Shown: piece after piece, positions 10,330-22,419 of the stretch
Layout: the number at the start of each line of letters is the position of its first letter
Numbering within the stretch: the stretch's first letter is position 1
DNA from: Eutreptiella sp. 'Long Island Sound 2002'
Lineage: Eukaryota; Protista; Euglenida
Direction of reading: 5' to 3'
Length of the DNA: 64,000 nt
NCBI GenBank assembly: GCA_964036045.1
Contig: OZ038378.1
Coordinates: 128,340,001 to 128,404,000 of the forward strand
Translations under genes and position numbers: made by a program
The notes under the pieces: generated by a model
Seen by the model: only the letters and a program-made list of their open reading frames with translations
The model's database searches: none
Told to the model about the DNA's origin: nothing

Positions 10330-12640
10330 TGAATCACTGCTCACGATCCGGTCGACGGGTGCGGCGAGGGCGGGCAGGGGGAGGGGGTGCTCACACGGCG
10401 AAGAGACGTGGTGGCCGAAGGGATACCGTTTCCCTTGGGGATGACTCTGGGATGCGCAGGCGCAAGAACCCGGGGATGGCCCAGAAGCGCTGGCAGTTCG
10501 TTTTGTTGCTGACCGCAACTCCACGCGTAGGGGGTTGGGGGGGCTTTGGGGACGTTATGGAGTTCACTATGGGGAGCCCAGGGAAGCGGAAGGAGGAGGT
10601 CCTTTCTGGACATTTGTTGCAGCAGTCCAGAGATGGAGCCTCGTCGTCCTCGATGCGGGGGACGATCGCAGCTGTGTGGACTGTGGAGCACATCGGGTGG
10701 ATCCTCGCAACAGTGGCTCCGATTCACAAGCGACTTGCAAACAGTGGGGGGGGGGGGGGGTCGGGTGCCAATTTTACCTCTAGCCTCGGGTGTTGTGAGA
10801 AGCAGCGAGACGAGGGAGGGGGGAACCGGGTGGGAGAGACCCTTGGTGGTTCTCATGTGCTTGTCCTGGATTCCTTTGCTCCGGGTTAGTAAAGCCGCAT
10901 CCATACACGTGGCGGATATTCGGGGGGAGAAAGGACTTTGGTTTTCGGCTACCAAGTGGGGGATCATTGGTGGGAGACGGCGCAGGTGCTCGCAGTGGTC
11001 GAAGGCAGAGGGGGGGGGGGGTACCTGCGCGATTACACCAAGGGTTGGGAGGGCGAAGAGAGGGTGGTTTCTGGGGGACCACCGATGTATGAGACTACGT
11101 TAGCGGGGTTCTTTCAAGGGACATAGTGGGACGATTGGAGGTGGCATGGTCACCGCAAGAAGGGGGGGGGGGCGTGGGCACTTGAATCGCCGAAGGCGTG
11201 GTTTATGTACTTCGGGAGGCAGGAGGATAAACACACGGCCATGGCGTATCCAAAGCCTTTTCAGGCTCCGAGAGTGCTGGGCGATCTCCTCCTGTTGTGG
11301 CCATGGGGACAGGGATACTTTGCAGTTCCGGTACCTTGCGGCAAGCCAGATTTGGGCGGCGATACAATCTCCATTGGAGAGGCTTGGGGGGGGGCACAAC
11401 GGCGTTGGGGGGGGGTAGACATCGACTCGGATGAACCTAACCCATCTGCCGGGTTTCACGCTCTTCCGGGGCCAGGGGTCGCAAGGGGCGCAGTGCGGTT
11501 GTGGGGAGCGTGGACAGGAGTGATGAGCGAGTTTCACGTAAGTAGTCCTGCTCAAATGGTGGGTCCCTCTCGGAACCCCCCCCTCCCTTCTCCGCCAGAA
11601 CGTTTGAGGAGGCACATACCGGCTGCACGGGTTGGGAGGGCGAATGTGCGCCGAAGTCCGAAGGTGACTGCCATCGGCATGGCGGGAGGGTTTGGGGCAG
11701 GGCACTGAAACGTGACGACAAACTTTTCACTTTGGCAGCCTCCACTTCCCCCAGTAGGGGAGATGCATCCGCCGAGGAAGGCGTCAGAGGGAGTGTTTCT
11801 GAGGTTCATGATGCTGGGCCAAGGCGGGCATTGGCTAGCAATGAGGCCATCTGTGTGTCCTTGGCCTCTGATGGGGACGCACGAAGAGGGGGGACTGCTG
11901 GGCAGGGGGGGCGGGGCCTTTCGTTATTGGCGCGAGGCCATGCCACTGGGTCGGGCCGTCCCAACCCCCTCCAGTGCGGGGTACCCCAGGGAAGGGAAGA
12001 ACGTAGCCTGTGGCTCCTGCCTGAAGTACGCGTCGGCCGAGGACGACGCCTGCGGCGGTGGGAGTGGCGGCCGGCGGGTCGGGAAAAGGAAGCACCGGAG
12101 GGGACATTGTTGATCACGTGCTGCGTGCCTCAGGGGCAAGGCTTCCGGGTGGAGCGGGAGGCCCGAAGTGAGCCACACAGGCCGGCACTGGTTCACTGCG
12201 TGGCGGAGTTTGCGTGGGGGGCGTTGTGGTTGGCTCCAAGGCTTAGGGTCAATTTATTGCAGCTGCTGGGTAGATGCACGGTCTTGGCGGAAAGAGTTTT
12301 CGCAACAAGAGAAGATTCGGGGACGGGGGAGATCGGCACTCGTTTTTTGGGGGTCTTGGGGGACATGACCAAGGACGCATTTGAATCATTGGTCCACCTG
12401 GGGACTCCCCGCAGGCCCAAGAGCACTTCGATTTCGGAGGAAATATTGCGTAAGGGCCTCGGGGAGGTTGGGAACTGCCACATCCCCAGGGAACTAACGG
12501 ATGAACTCGTCCCGGCAGGCCTGCCGGAACGATTGCGTGCGGTCTAGCCGCCGCAGGGCAAGGGTTGCCCGAGCTATGAGACGGAGGTGATGTTGGAGGT
12601 ACTGAAGGGGCAAGGGGTTTTTGCTGAGGTGCACCCCATC
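10330..12640 (+). mobile_element. Tyrosine-recombinase retroelement fragment (gag-like, YR, pre-RT region)
   Basis: LVVLMCLSWIPLLRVSKAASI (first catalytic R, ~10850-10900), then WRWHGHRKKGG (HxxR) and FGRQEDKHTAMAY (W/Y box) at ~11140-11250. The downstream region resembles sequence preceding a DIRS RT. Confidence 0.65.
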
Positions 12641-12649
12641 TCCGAGCCT

Positions 12650-14130
12650 CCAACTCACCCGGCACGGCAACTACAGGTCCCAGCGCATCACCCACATACC
12701 TAGCCACGGACCCGATGTACAACGCATAACACAAATTGTCCCCGAGCTGCAGCTAGATCCCACGGGCAGTCTCAAAAGCATGTGCCCTGCACCCCCCACA
12801 CGACGCTTCTAACCTAGAGACGGGGTCCGCCGGCTGCAAGAAGGTAGCGACAAATACAAATTGCACCACCAACGGGTGCCGAAAAAAAAGCAAGTTGACC
12901 TTCGCCAAGACCCACTCATGGGTCCACAATCCCACTGAGACCACCCCCGCACCCCTTGGTAAATGGCCCCGGCATTGTTGGTATACACGGTTACGCCCCC
13001 CCTTTCCAAGTCAAAAGCTAGCCTCAACGCCGTCCATACTCCCTAAAGCTTAACTATCCGTTGGTTCACCCCCCGCTTGCGGGCACCTAAAGAGAATGGT
13101 GTCCCTAACCTTTCTACTCGCGTGCCCAACCTGGGCCCGAAAAGACCCTCTCTGTAACCCTCATCCGCCCGCGAAGAATACCACGCGGCGTGCACGAACA
13201 TATGGGGGTGGGCCATCACCGGATGATCTCACCCAATTCCACGGGGTGCCAGCACCCCCCCCCCCCAGCCTTGAGAACCCAAAACGAGTCCTCACCCCTC
13301 CCAGAGTCAACCTAGTGTACCCCGGTCTCCACAACAACATCACGTGCCCCACATCCTGGGCCAGCGCCTCAGTCACTCCTACAGGCAACCCATCGCAACG
13401 CTCCCTACCCCACACCACCCCAGCAGGGGGGCCCGCCACCATAGGCCCCGAACCCGTACGAGGCCGCGATGGCCCATTGCAATGACCCCATAAACAACTA
13501 CAGGCAGCGTCGGGTATACGGAGTAACAATGATCCTCATCTAGGCCAGAACCACCTTCACCAGGGAGAACTTCGTGTTGGCAATGATTCCCCTGCCCACA
13601 TCGAACAACTTACCCAGGGAGTGCAGCGATTCCGTAGGTTCTAATGTACTCTTGCGGCTAACAACCAACTTGGGATCCCTCAACTGTGTGGCCACTCTTC
13701 CTGTCACCTCGCTCAGTGTATCCCTATCCCTGGCACCTAAAAGAAAATCATCCAAATAAGGGATAAGTAGAACGTTGGGCAGGATGAGGTCCTGAACCAA
13801 AGAGCCCAAAAGCCGGTGGCATATGACCGCCGAATATTTCCAGCCGAAAGGCAACGTCCCTCCCATAACTTCCCCCCAAACCTGAACCTAAACATCCCTT
13901 CCGACCCGGCTGGGAGTAAGACACTCCAAAAAGCGTTAGACAAATCAACATGCGTCATGCACATACACCCCCCCCGAGAGACGTGCATCCACTCCCTCAA
14001 AGCCGTCCAAGGGGCCAATATGAAATGGGGGGGGGGGGCGCGGCTCAGGGTCCGCTGCGCTCCCTGGGGTGCAATCCATGATCATCGAGGCCTTGATGTC
14101 ATTCTTGGGGATAGCAAAAGGGGTACTGCT
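12650..14130 (-). mobile_element. DIRS-type RT and RNase H pseudogene
   Basis: FAIPKNDIKASMIMDC, THVDLSNAFWS, LPFGWKYS, IPYLDDFLL (~13750), KSTLEPTESLHSLG, then VTVYTNNAGAIYQ and VQFVFVATFLQPADPVSR. Confidence 0.88.
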
Positions 14131-14422
14131 GGGAGGCCCATGTTCACTCTCTGTGGGGCTCTCTGGCACTTCGTGGGTATCGGGACGGGTGGAGTGGGAG
14201 GGTGGATTTATTCGTTTCATCGGGCCTAAGGGAATTCGGGTATACATGCCACGGCGACGCAAAGAACCTTGTGGCAGGTGCGTGGCTGCGGAGGTTGATA
14301 TAGGGGCTCGGTGGCATTAGTTGGCAGATTGCCCGCGGCGTGGGTTGGGGGAATGCTGGCATGGGCTAAGCAGTGGGTGCACATTGTTTCTCTGTCGCGC
14401 CGCCGCTATTTGTAGTAACCTC

Positions 14423-14495
14423 TTCTACTAGTATAGTCGGTCTGGCACTTGTCCAGTAGAGTGATGGTCCCTGGTTCAAATCCCGTTGCCTCTTG
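14423..14495 (+). pseudogene. tRNA-derived segment (Asp-like)
   Basis: TAGTATAGTCGG (A box), CTTGTCCA loop, GGTTCAAATCCC (B box). Confidence 0.45.
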
Positions 14496-14499
14496 GGAA

Positions 14500-15780
14500 T
14501 CATTCAGGATAGTCCTCCACCACAGGATCCAATATAGCAAGAGCCCCCCCCCCCCCGCGCCCTTGCTACCTGTTGCGGTGTTCTGTATCGCAGTTGGCAA
14601 TTGGATAGCTTTGATGGATAGGGGGCATCTGCCGCGTTTAGCTTTATGGACGCTGTTTTGTTGCTTGCTTACCGACCTCTGCCTCCCCCGGCGCCGTGGT
14701 CGGGGTCGGAGGCCAGCTAGGAGGAGTGGAGGAGGGCGATACATGTGCTAATGCAACGGGTGCATCCGGTTACTGTCATTCGCGATTGGCTTCGCGAGCT
14801 CACGGCGAGTTAGCCGGTGGCCCGATCTGAGATGCAGATGGCCGAGGGGGCGTGCACGCTGTGGGCGGTGCTAGCGGCTGCGCCAGGCCTGTTGGCGCCG
14901 GAGGATGTCGTGATGGGAGCTTTCATTCTCTGTGTCGCCACCAGGGCTCCGGAACCTTGGCTTCCATCTACAACACGCCCCAGGGGTTTGGCATCGCAGT
15001 GCTAGCCCTCTTGGGGGCGCTGCGTTGGTGGTATCCGGGGGACAGGCGTGCGTGCCGCTTCTGGTGTTTGCATTGGAGCGAGGGGGGGGGGGGTCTGCGT
15101 CTCACGCATGCCTTGTTTCCACCTCTCCGGCATGGGGGCGGCGTCCTGGCACGCCCAGGCTGTACCCATATTCCGGGTTGCGATGAAAGCCCTCCAAGGA
15201 GATTCATTTTGGTGGAGGGTTACGTGGCGGGGTCGTTTGGGCAGGGCCGCGGCACGTGGTGGGGCTGAACTATTCAAGACTGGGTGAGATCGGGATGTCT
15301 ACGAGACCACGGACATCAATTTGGGCAGGGTGGGGAGGGTATGGCAAGCTTGGTGTATTTTGTTGCATGGGCAAGATGTGGTCGGCACGCGGCCGCGAGT
15401 TTTGGGCTCGGCGGGGTTCCCTTCATGGCATAGGAGGGTGGGGGAGCAATACTTGTGGCGCGTCATTTGTACGGTGCTGACAGATTGGAGTCAGCACTGG
15501 ACCCCGACCCCCGGTTTTCGTGGATTCTTTTCAAGCCTTGGTGATCATGGATTTCCTGTTTCCTCTTCCCGCTAAAGTTGGCTGAGGTCGCTGCGTGGGG
15601 CAAACTTCGGGCTTGATAAATAATCAGTGGACGGTGGCACGTCCACTGAGGGGTGGGTGCCCGCGCATGCTTCGGCCGGCCGCATTTTGATTTGTTAGTG
15701 GCTGACTGCAGGCGCAACCCCGCGGCGACTTTTTCTATTTTTTTCTCCAGTGGCGACTAGACCCCCAAGGGACTTGGGTG
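14500..15780 (+). mobile_element. Second, more decayed tyrosine-recombinase fragment
   Basis: AVLALLGALRW (~15000), PSWHRRVG (~15425) and GRW remnants, parallel to the YR at 10.8-11.25 kb. Confidence 0.4.
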
Positions 15781-15976
15781 GATGTCTTATCAGCTGCGGG
15801 GATCTGGGCTTTGCCGAGGGGTGGGTCTATCCTTGTATCCCCGTTCGTCTCCTGGGTGTCGTGTCAGGGTGCGTTTTGTGGGTACGGCGGCATACTACCA
15901 GCAGTTAGGGTCCCGCCCGGATGCCCACACCGCGGTTGTAGGGTCAACGGGGTGGGGGGGTTGGCAATATATACCG

Positions 15977-16555
15977 CTGGCTGATCCCGCAATTTCCTTT
16001 TTGCTTGTGTTGCCGGCATGGGAAATGACCGTTTGGCGCTCGCTGAACTGTTGTTCTTCTTGGAGGGCTTGTGGGACCTTTGATGACTGGTGACAGTTTT
16101 TTCTAACCTCTGAGTTGCCTGCCCATCTCAACCCACCCAGTTACTATTCCTCAGGAGCTCCATGTTCTCCAAGACCTAGGGTATACTTTTGGAGAGATGC
16201 ACCTGCAGTACACCTGCAGCACTACAATAACTATGTGCCTGTTGGCTGATCCTGCAGATTCCTTTTTGCTTGTCTTGCCGGCATGGGAAACGACATTTTG
16301 GCTCTTGCTGAACTGATGTTTTCCTTGGAGGGCTTGTGGGACCTTTGCTGTTTTGTGACAAGTTTTTCCAACCCATGAGTGGCCTGCCCATCTCAACCCA
16401 CCCAGTTACTATTGCTGGGAGCTCCATGTTCGCCAAGATCTGGGGTATAGTTTTGGAGAGATGCAACTGCAGGTGCATCAGGACAATAACTATGTGCCCG
16501 CTGGCTGATCCCGCAGATTCCTTTGTGCTTGTGTTGCCAGCATGGGAAATTTGCG
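15977..16555. repeat. ~260-bp tandem repeat, ~2.2 copies
   Basis: TGGCTGATCC recurs at ~15978, ~16243 and ~16502. Part of the unit is also present at 3985-4070. Confidence 0.85.
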
Positions 16556-17114
16556 CCAACAAACCGTGGCATCGCGGATCGTGTCGGGGCGGTCCTACCC
16601 GGCCACCTGGTGGATTTCTAACCACCGCTCAGCTTGTGCCACAACTCTTGCCCCGTGTATCCCCCCGGGACTTCCGACACTAAGCACAACCGACCAAGGC
16701 AGGAGCTTTTCCTTTGAGCGGGGGGGTCAAACATCCCGACGAGTCAGAGAGAGGCGGTGAGCGTCTCTCCCTCCGGCACCTTGGCCAATTGGCCAATTGC
16801 TTGCCCCCGGCCATGCAGACGTAGGAGGGGAGGGTGAGGTTGGTGTTCCTCTCAACCTCCCCTCCCTTCTCCAGCATGGTGTCTTTGTGGTACCATCGTG
16901 TACCCTCCTGCCAGCACACCTCATCCCTCGGCTCCCTGCAACTCTAGGCTACCCCCTCTTGCACCTTCTGGACCTCCTCCACCTCCGATTCTGCACGGGC
17001 CGCAATCACCTTGGTGGCTTGTGCTCCTGTTCCTCCTTCTGCTCGTGCTGCAGCTACTGATGCTTTGGACACGTCCTTCGAGAAACAGGCGTGGCAGATG
17101 GAGGATCGTGGCTC

Positions 17115-17328
17115 GTGGGTGACGAGGAATGCGCAAAAAACGAAATGTCACACGCGATAACTCCGTCGATAACTTGCGCGATAACTCAGCTAGAGTGTGA
17201 CAACCCCCCGGGATAACCCACATAATAACTAGTTAGAGCGGAATAACCTAGGGTGATTACTATTTAGAGCACCCAATTAGAGCGTGATACATGCTGCATT
17301 AAGTATTAGAGCATGGGTTAGTGCGTAC
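17115..17328 (-). repeat. Palindromic spacer (TAACTAGTTA / GTTATCGCG family)
   Basis: Clustered CGCGATAAC and ATAACTAGTTAG; the minus strand begins GTACGCACTAACCC. Confidence 0.8.
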
Positions 17329-19174
17329 TATTCAGGTCAAGTGACATGGGCACATGCCTTTCCTCGCTTCCTTCTTCGGGTTTTCTAGCATGAGGTTCAT
17401 CCGCTGCAAGCACACAAAGTCTTTTACGGCCGCATACTCCTCCACATGCCTCCCCTCCGCCACCTATGCCAGCCCCTCGAGCTCTCGAGTGACCCTGGCC
17501 ACCCCCACATACATTCCCCTCCTCACTACCAAAATGGTGCCCTCCGGCACCTTAATCCCAACATGCCCATTCAGGCGTGGCTAGGGCACTACCTCCCCAT
17601 GGCATAGCCTTGCCAAGGGGCACTGATTAGGGTGGCATGCCATCCCCCCAACCTCCTCGTTGGAGAAGGGGACAACCACCGGGAGCAAGCATTCAGCACA
17701 TTGCCCCCCCCCCCCCTTGCCTACTCCTCATCCCCCCTCCACGTCCTCCCCCTCCTAACACGGCACATGATGCCCATCTTTGTATGCCGCGAACAAACCT
17801 GCCCGGTCGTAGTTGTAGCACTTGGGTACGAACTTGCCCCTGCACCCTAACAGCAAGTCGCCTTTGCACCCGGGCCTTCATGCGACCCTCTGTGGGGTCG
17901 CTTGATGGCTCGGGTGACATGGAGGTCGGGGAACCTCAAGTCAGGGCCTCGCGTTAGCTCAATGGCAAAAAATGCCATGAGGCGGGGATCGGACACACTG
18001 GTGTGTGAGGCCTTCGGAATTCATGACCCTCGGTGGACGTCACGTGCATTGAAAAAAAAAGCATCGCCCCTTTTGAATGGGACAACCTTCCCCACCTAAC
18101 GGGTAGGGAACCCAGAATTGCTTAAGGGGACAAAAAGAAGATGCTAGGCATCCTCGATCTCATGATTATGCGTTACAATAATCAAACAATCAACACGCAA
18201 AGTTCCCGCGGCCACATTGTAAGGGGGGGCATCGCGATGGAGGTGTTTGTGCAGGGTTATGTCGGACCCCATGGCAACCTTTAATGGGGATGCAATGGAT
18301 CGTGTGGTCACCACCAAGGACAGGTCGGTGGCGAACAACTTGCTCGAGCCTGATTTTTGGCGTCAAGTGGAGCTCGGAAGTTTGCTGGAAGACCTTGCGA
18401 GGGTGCCCCTCACACAGAACGCGCCCAGGTTCAATGAGAACCCCCCACCCCCCCGTCCCGTTGCGGACGGGCCCAAGGATTCTGGGGGTGGCCGCACTAT
18501 TTGAGGCAACTATGGCGGCCACAACCACGACAAACACAACCCCACAAGCTACACGATCTGCCTATTTTTAAAAGGATTGCATATCGTATCTGGGACACCG
18601 CCAAGAAAGGGGTGGAGAGGTGTGTGGGTTGGAGTTGCACGGTGCTGGAAATGGCCAAGACCTCGTGCTACGACCACTTTGTGAGCCTCCCCTATAAGGG
18701 GAGGTGCCGCCCCAAAAGGAAAAAGAATCACCTCTTGCCCTGAGATAGTGCTCGGAGTGTTGACCCCATACCACTCATGTTCCCACTCCCTTCTGGCGCA
18801 AAGGGAGTAGAAAGGGAGCTTGGTTTGTGGGTCCTCGGTGCAGACCAGGCGGGTGTTGTGGGTTAGAGAATGGGGAAACCAACCATCCGCTCTCGCCTTC
18901 CCCTTATCAGGTTTGATTCTTACCTTTTGCACAGTAATCATGAGGGGGTGGTGGGGCAGGTCCTTTGGCCTCCCACCCCCCACCACCTCCTCCTCCCCTT
19001 CCTCCTCCACGTCCTTCTCCTCTCCCTCCTGACCCACATAGAGGAGCGTCGTCGTCCCTACACCGTTCTCGGCGTGGGCCGTGACGGACTCCACCACTTC
19101 CTCCACGTCATTGGGATGCAGGTGGATCAAAATTCTTGCAACCCCTCCTACCACTCAAGGAGTAGTTACTGAGA

Positions 19175-19607
19175 GCTGGATGTGGACCTGCATTGACAGG
19201 CGACCGATCTTTCCTCAGAGTGTTCTTGGGTGCATAGGGAGGAGGGGGAGTTTGCGGACGACGGGATCTCCGTGTTGTCCGAAGAAGGGGACGAGCGCAG
19301 TGGACATGAGTCTGTGAGTGAGGGGAGTGCCGACAGTGAGGGCGGTTCACCTTCTTCTATGCAGAGCCGTTCAGGCTAGGATGAATATGAGCAGTTCCTC
19401 TCTCACTTTCTGGGTGACGATGAACCTGGCCGCAGGAAGTGCCACAAGGGGTAGGGACACATGACCCAAACCCCATCCTCTCTCTGTTATGCATGTTTTC
19501 ACTGCATTGCATTTGATCTCACTTTTGTTTGAACCCAAGAGTGCGTAGCCGTATTGTGTGAGCCGGGGTCCCCGGTGAGACAAGTATTTATCTCTATGCC
19601 AGAAGGT
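19175..19607 (+). mobile_element. 5'-truncated LINE 3' end inserted in the DNA element
   Basis: Homologous to 520-800 and to the shared tail; absent from the collinear copy at ~46725, where the flanks are contiguous. Confidence 0.75.
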
Positions 19608-19837
19608 GTAGTTACTCAGATACAGGTGGTCATGGTCTTTGACCATGAAGCGGGAACGATGCATGATGAGTCCAAAGTCCAAAACCTTCTCAACGTGACT
19701 CACCACACGGCACCTCACCTGGGTGTCACTCATCGTAAACCCCTCCGGTATGCCACGGCGACGATTCCCAAGCAGCTTTTGATAGTGCTCACACCAGGCA
19801 TGGGTAGCGGCAAGGGCCATTATAAGAAGTATTAGAG

Positions 19838-20000
19838 CTAATATGAAGAGGGGAAATATGCAACAAGAGCAAACGAAGCACGATACCTCACACCGTAACT
19901 ATTTATCGCGCGATAACTACTGTGACAACTTCCGCGATAACTAGGTTAACCCGCGATACCCGACGCGATAACTAGTACACTAACCATTCTAACTAGTTAC
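19838..20000 (-). repeat. Palindromic spacer ending in acceptor-like TTTCCCCTCTTCATATTAG
   Basis: Same motifs; orthologous to 46330-46500. Confidence 0.8.
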
Positions 20001-22058
20001 AACACAAAAAGACCATAATCGCAAAAAAAAATTGGAACGGGCAATATTCAGCAAACGAGACATCCAACAAGCATTGTTGCATCATAGTGCACCCATGTAA
20101 CATGTGAAAGTCCGTGTTTAAACACATTAACAACCCCCCACCCCCTAATTGGGCGGACTCGGCACCATGCGTTAGAGCAGCGCATCCTAGATACCCTGCG
20201 CGGTGGGTCACGAAATGTGTCCAAAAGCCCAGATCAATGAGGACCCATGGCTCATACATACAACTGCGCTTGCCATGAAGGCAAACAATGCAGTCGGAGG
20301 GGTAAACCAACGACTCGCCGTGCTCCGTGGGGAATGGCAACGTGTTCCACAGCCGTAGCAGACCTCCGAAATATCCATTGGTCGTACTATTCACCGCATG
20401 CGACCCAAGAACTAGAGGGTAAGAGGCGAGAAAGATCCCATCGTCAAGAACAAGGCGTCTTTCAACTGCACGATGAACAGACCCCGGTGATTCACTCGGA
20501 ATGCGCACCAACTTGGCGAACAAAAGGTGGAGCTGCTTTTGGTCACCCGTAAAGGACGTTGGCACCTCGTCAATCTGCTTGATGGCAAAACTCGAAAGTT
20601 GCGGTAAACCAGTTGTGTATCCATGCGAAAGTGTAGTCACTGCCTCTGCCGAAAGACCGCGCACGTCCTCAAGGTACAGATCCTGATTAGTAGGCTTCCC
20701 CGCGACAGTCTCCACATACAAGTTTTTGTGGGACGCCCTCACCTCTTGTCGTACCTCATCGGTGGTGTCGATTGCTTCTTGCGCGAGAATATTCCGCCAC
20801 CTTGGATCTTAGGCCTCCCCATCTGCCTCCGGCGGAGCGTTATCATTTGCCCCCTTGGCACAGTCGTCAGCAACCCCAATAAGCAGTCGTGATGGTCGAG
20901 AGGGTATGGTAATGGGGTGACTGTTGTGTGTCACCCATAGCCCAAGGGACGTTGTTCCTGGCCCGTGTTTACTCCATTGGTGAAGGGCTCACTTCGGAGG
21001 GAGTAGACGAGACTTGACAAACTTTGATCTCTTTCCATGGACAAGCAAAGGGTTGCTGCAAAGGTCCTTGCCACGACTTGTTTTTCCGACAGGCTCCTTG
21101 GGGTGCATGCGTCCGAAGGACCAAGTACCCCTCATCCAAGTTCTCCAAGTACACCATCCATTGGCGGACCTCCCGATCACCAGTTGCGGCGGTGTACTCA
21201 AACAGGTGCACCAGGTGCTCTCCACTACGCCGTACCACAGCCAGCTGCACATCCGGGTTCCCTTTCAAAATATTGTGAAGCACATCACTGAAGCACCTTG
21301 GGGATCACTTGGAGGTGAATGCGGGCAGTATCTTGACATCCGCCATGGTACCATCGCATTGCAAGTGCATACTCTCCGTTGCAAGTATTGCTTGGGCATT
21401 TTGGCGGCATGAACCACCGCTACCCCCGTCTTGGACCCCACGCTGCCAATCCACCCCTTCGCGAGGTTGTCCACCTTTGGCAGCTATCGTAAGACAAGTG
21501 GTACAAGAAAGCGGGGCTATCGTCAGACATACCAAATGATTGTGCAAAGACACACCCTGTTGTGACAAAAAAATGTCTGAAACGCAAGCGCACAACGCAA
21601 CCATTTATGTTGGTATGCTAGTTTCACCTGCCTAACCGCACAAAAACCCCAAGAACATGCACAAACGCGAGGTATTCGTTGCCAAATATAGGCTGCGGTA
21701 GGGGGGGGGGGGGGGGCTGTCGGCTTCATCATGTTTGGCTACACATCATGCACACTACAGCACCCGCGAAATATGCCGCACACAAAACTCATCCTCCAGA
21801 ATGACAACCAAAGCCAACGGGCGAGATGTCCGGACCACCCGCGACATGCAAGGCACCCATAAGGGAAAAACGGAACACCCAGAACATGTAGAAGAGTGGA
21901 GCAACCCCCCAAAAATGCTTCTACCGTTGAAAACCTTCAAATTGGAAAAAAAACAGACCAAACCATTGCGACGGGCACCCTTGCAAACCCCAATTTCCAC
22001 TCTTGCTTGTAGAGTGTCTCCGGTCTCCTACGCGCCCCCCGGAACCACAGCTAAAGGA

Positions 22059-22409
22059 ATATCACCGCTGGGCATGGACACATGATTTCACGTGCTGTAG
22101 TGATAACCCATACCTTGTAGACCATGTTACATATCACCGCTGCCAACGGAGAAAAGATTTGAGGGGCTACAATGGTATCTTACACCTTGTAGACCATATT
22201 GACATATCCCCGGTGCCCATGGAGACATGATTTCGGGGGCTGCGGTGATATCCCACGCCATGCATATGATGTTGCATGTCACCGCTGTGCGTGGAGACAT
22301 GGTTTCAGAGGCTGCGGTGATATCCTACACCCACGTACATGATGTCACATTTCACACCTGGGCATTGAGAGATGATTTGAGGGGCCGCGGTGATATCCTA
22401 CACCTTGTA
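22059..22409 (+). repeat. 72-bp tandem array (~5 units) with internal ATATCACCGC/GCGGTGATAT dyad
   Basis: Unit approx. ATATCACCGCTGCCCATGGAGACATGATTTCAGGGGCTGCGGTGATATCCTACACCTTGTAGACCATGTTAC. Confidence 0.9.
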
Positions 22410-22419
22410 AGCCGGCACG

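Larger units (their letters stand above)
15975..21650 (-). mobile_element. 5' half of modular DNA-transposon-like element (SWIM, CxC, further modules)
   Basis: Collinear with 46140-48750 in reverse complement (MALAATHAWCEH module; QLHPEDEE/HLHPNDVE module; GTILVVRRGMY module; HLTLPSYV/NLTLPSYV module). SWIM-like CTC...CPH at 21318-21372; CIVCLHGKRSCMYEPWVLIDLGFW at ~20215-20300. Confidence 0.7.

Noticed and set aside
22059-22409. TATCACCGC resembles the phage lambda operator half-site
   Set aside because: A short match with the wrong spacing and no phage genes; treated as coincidence.
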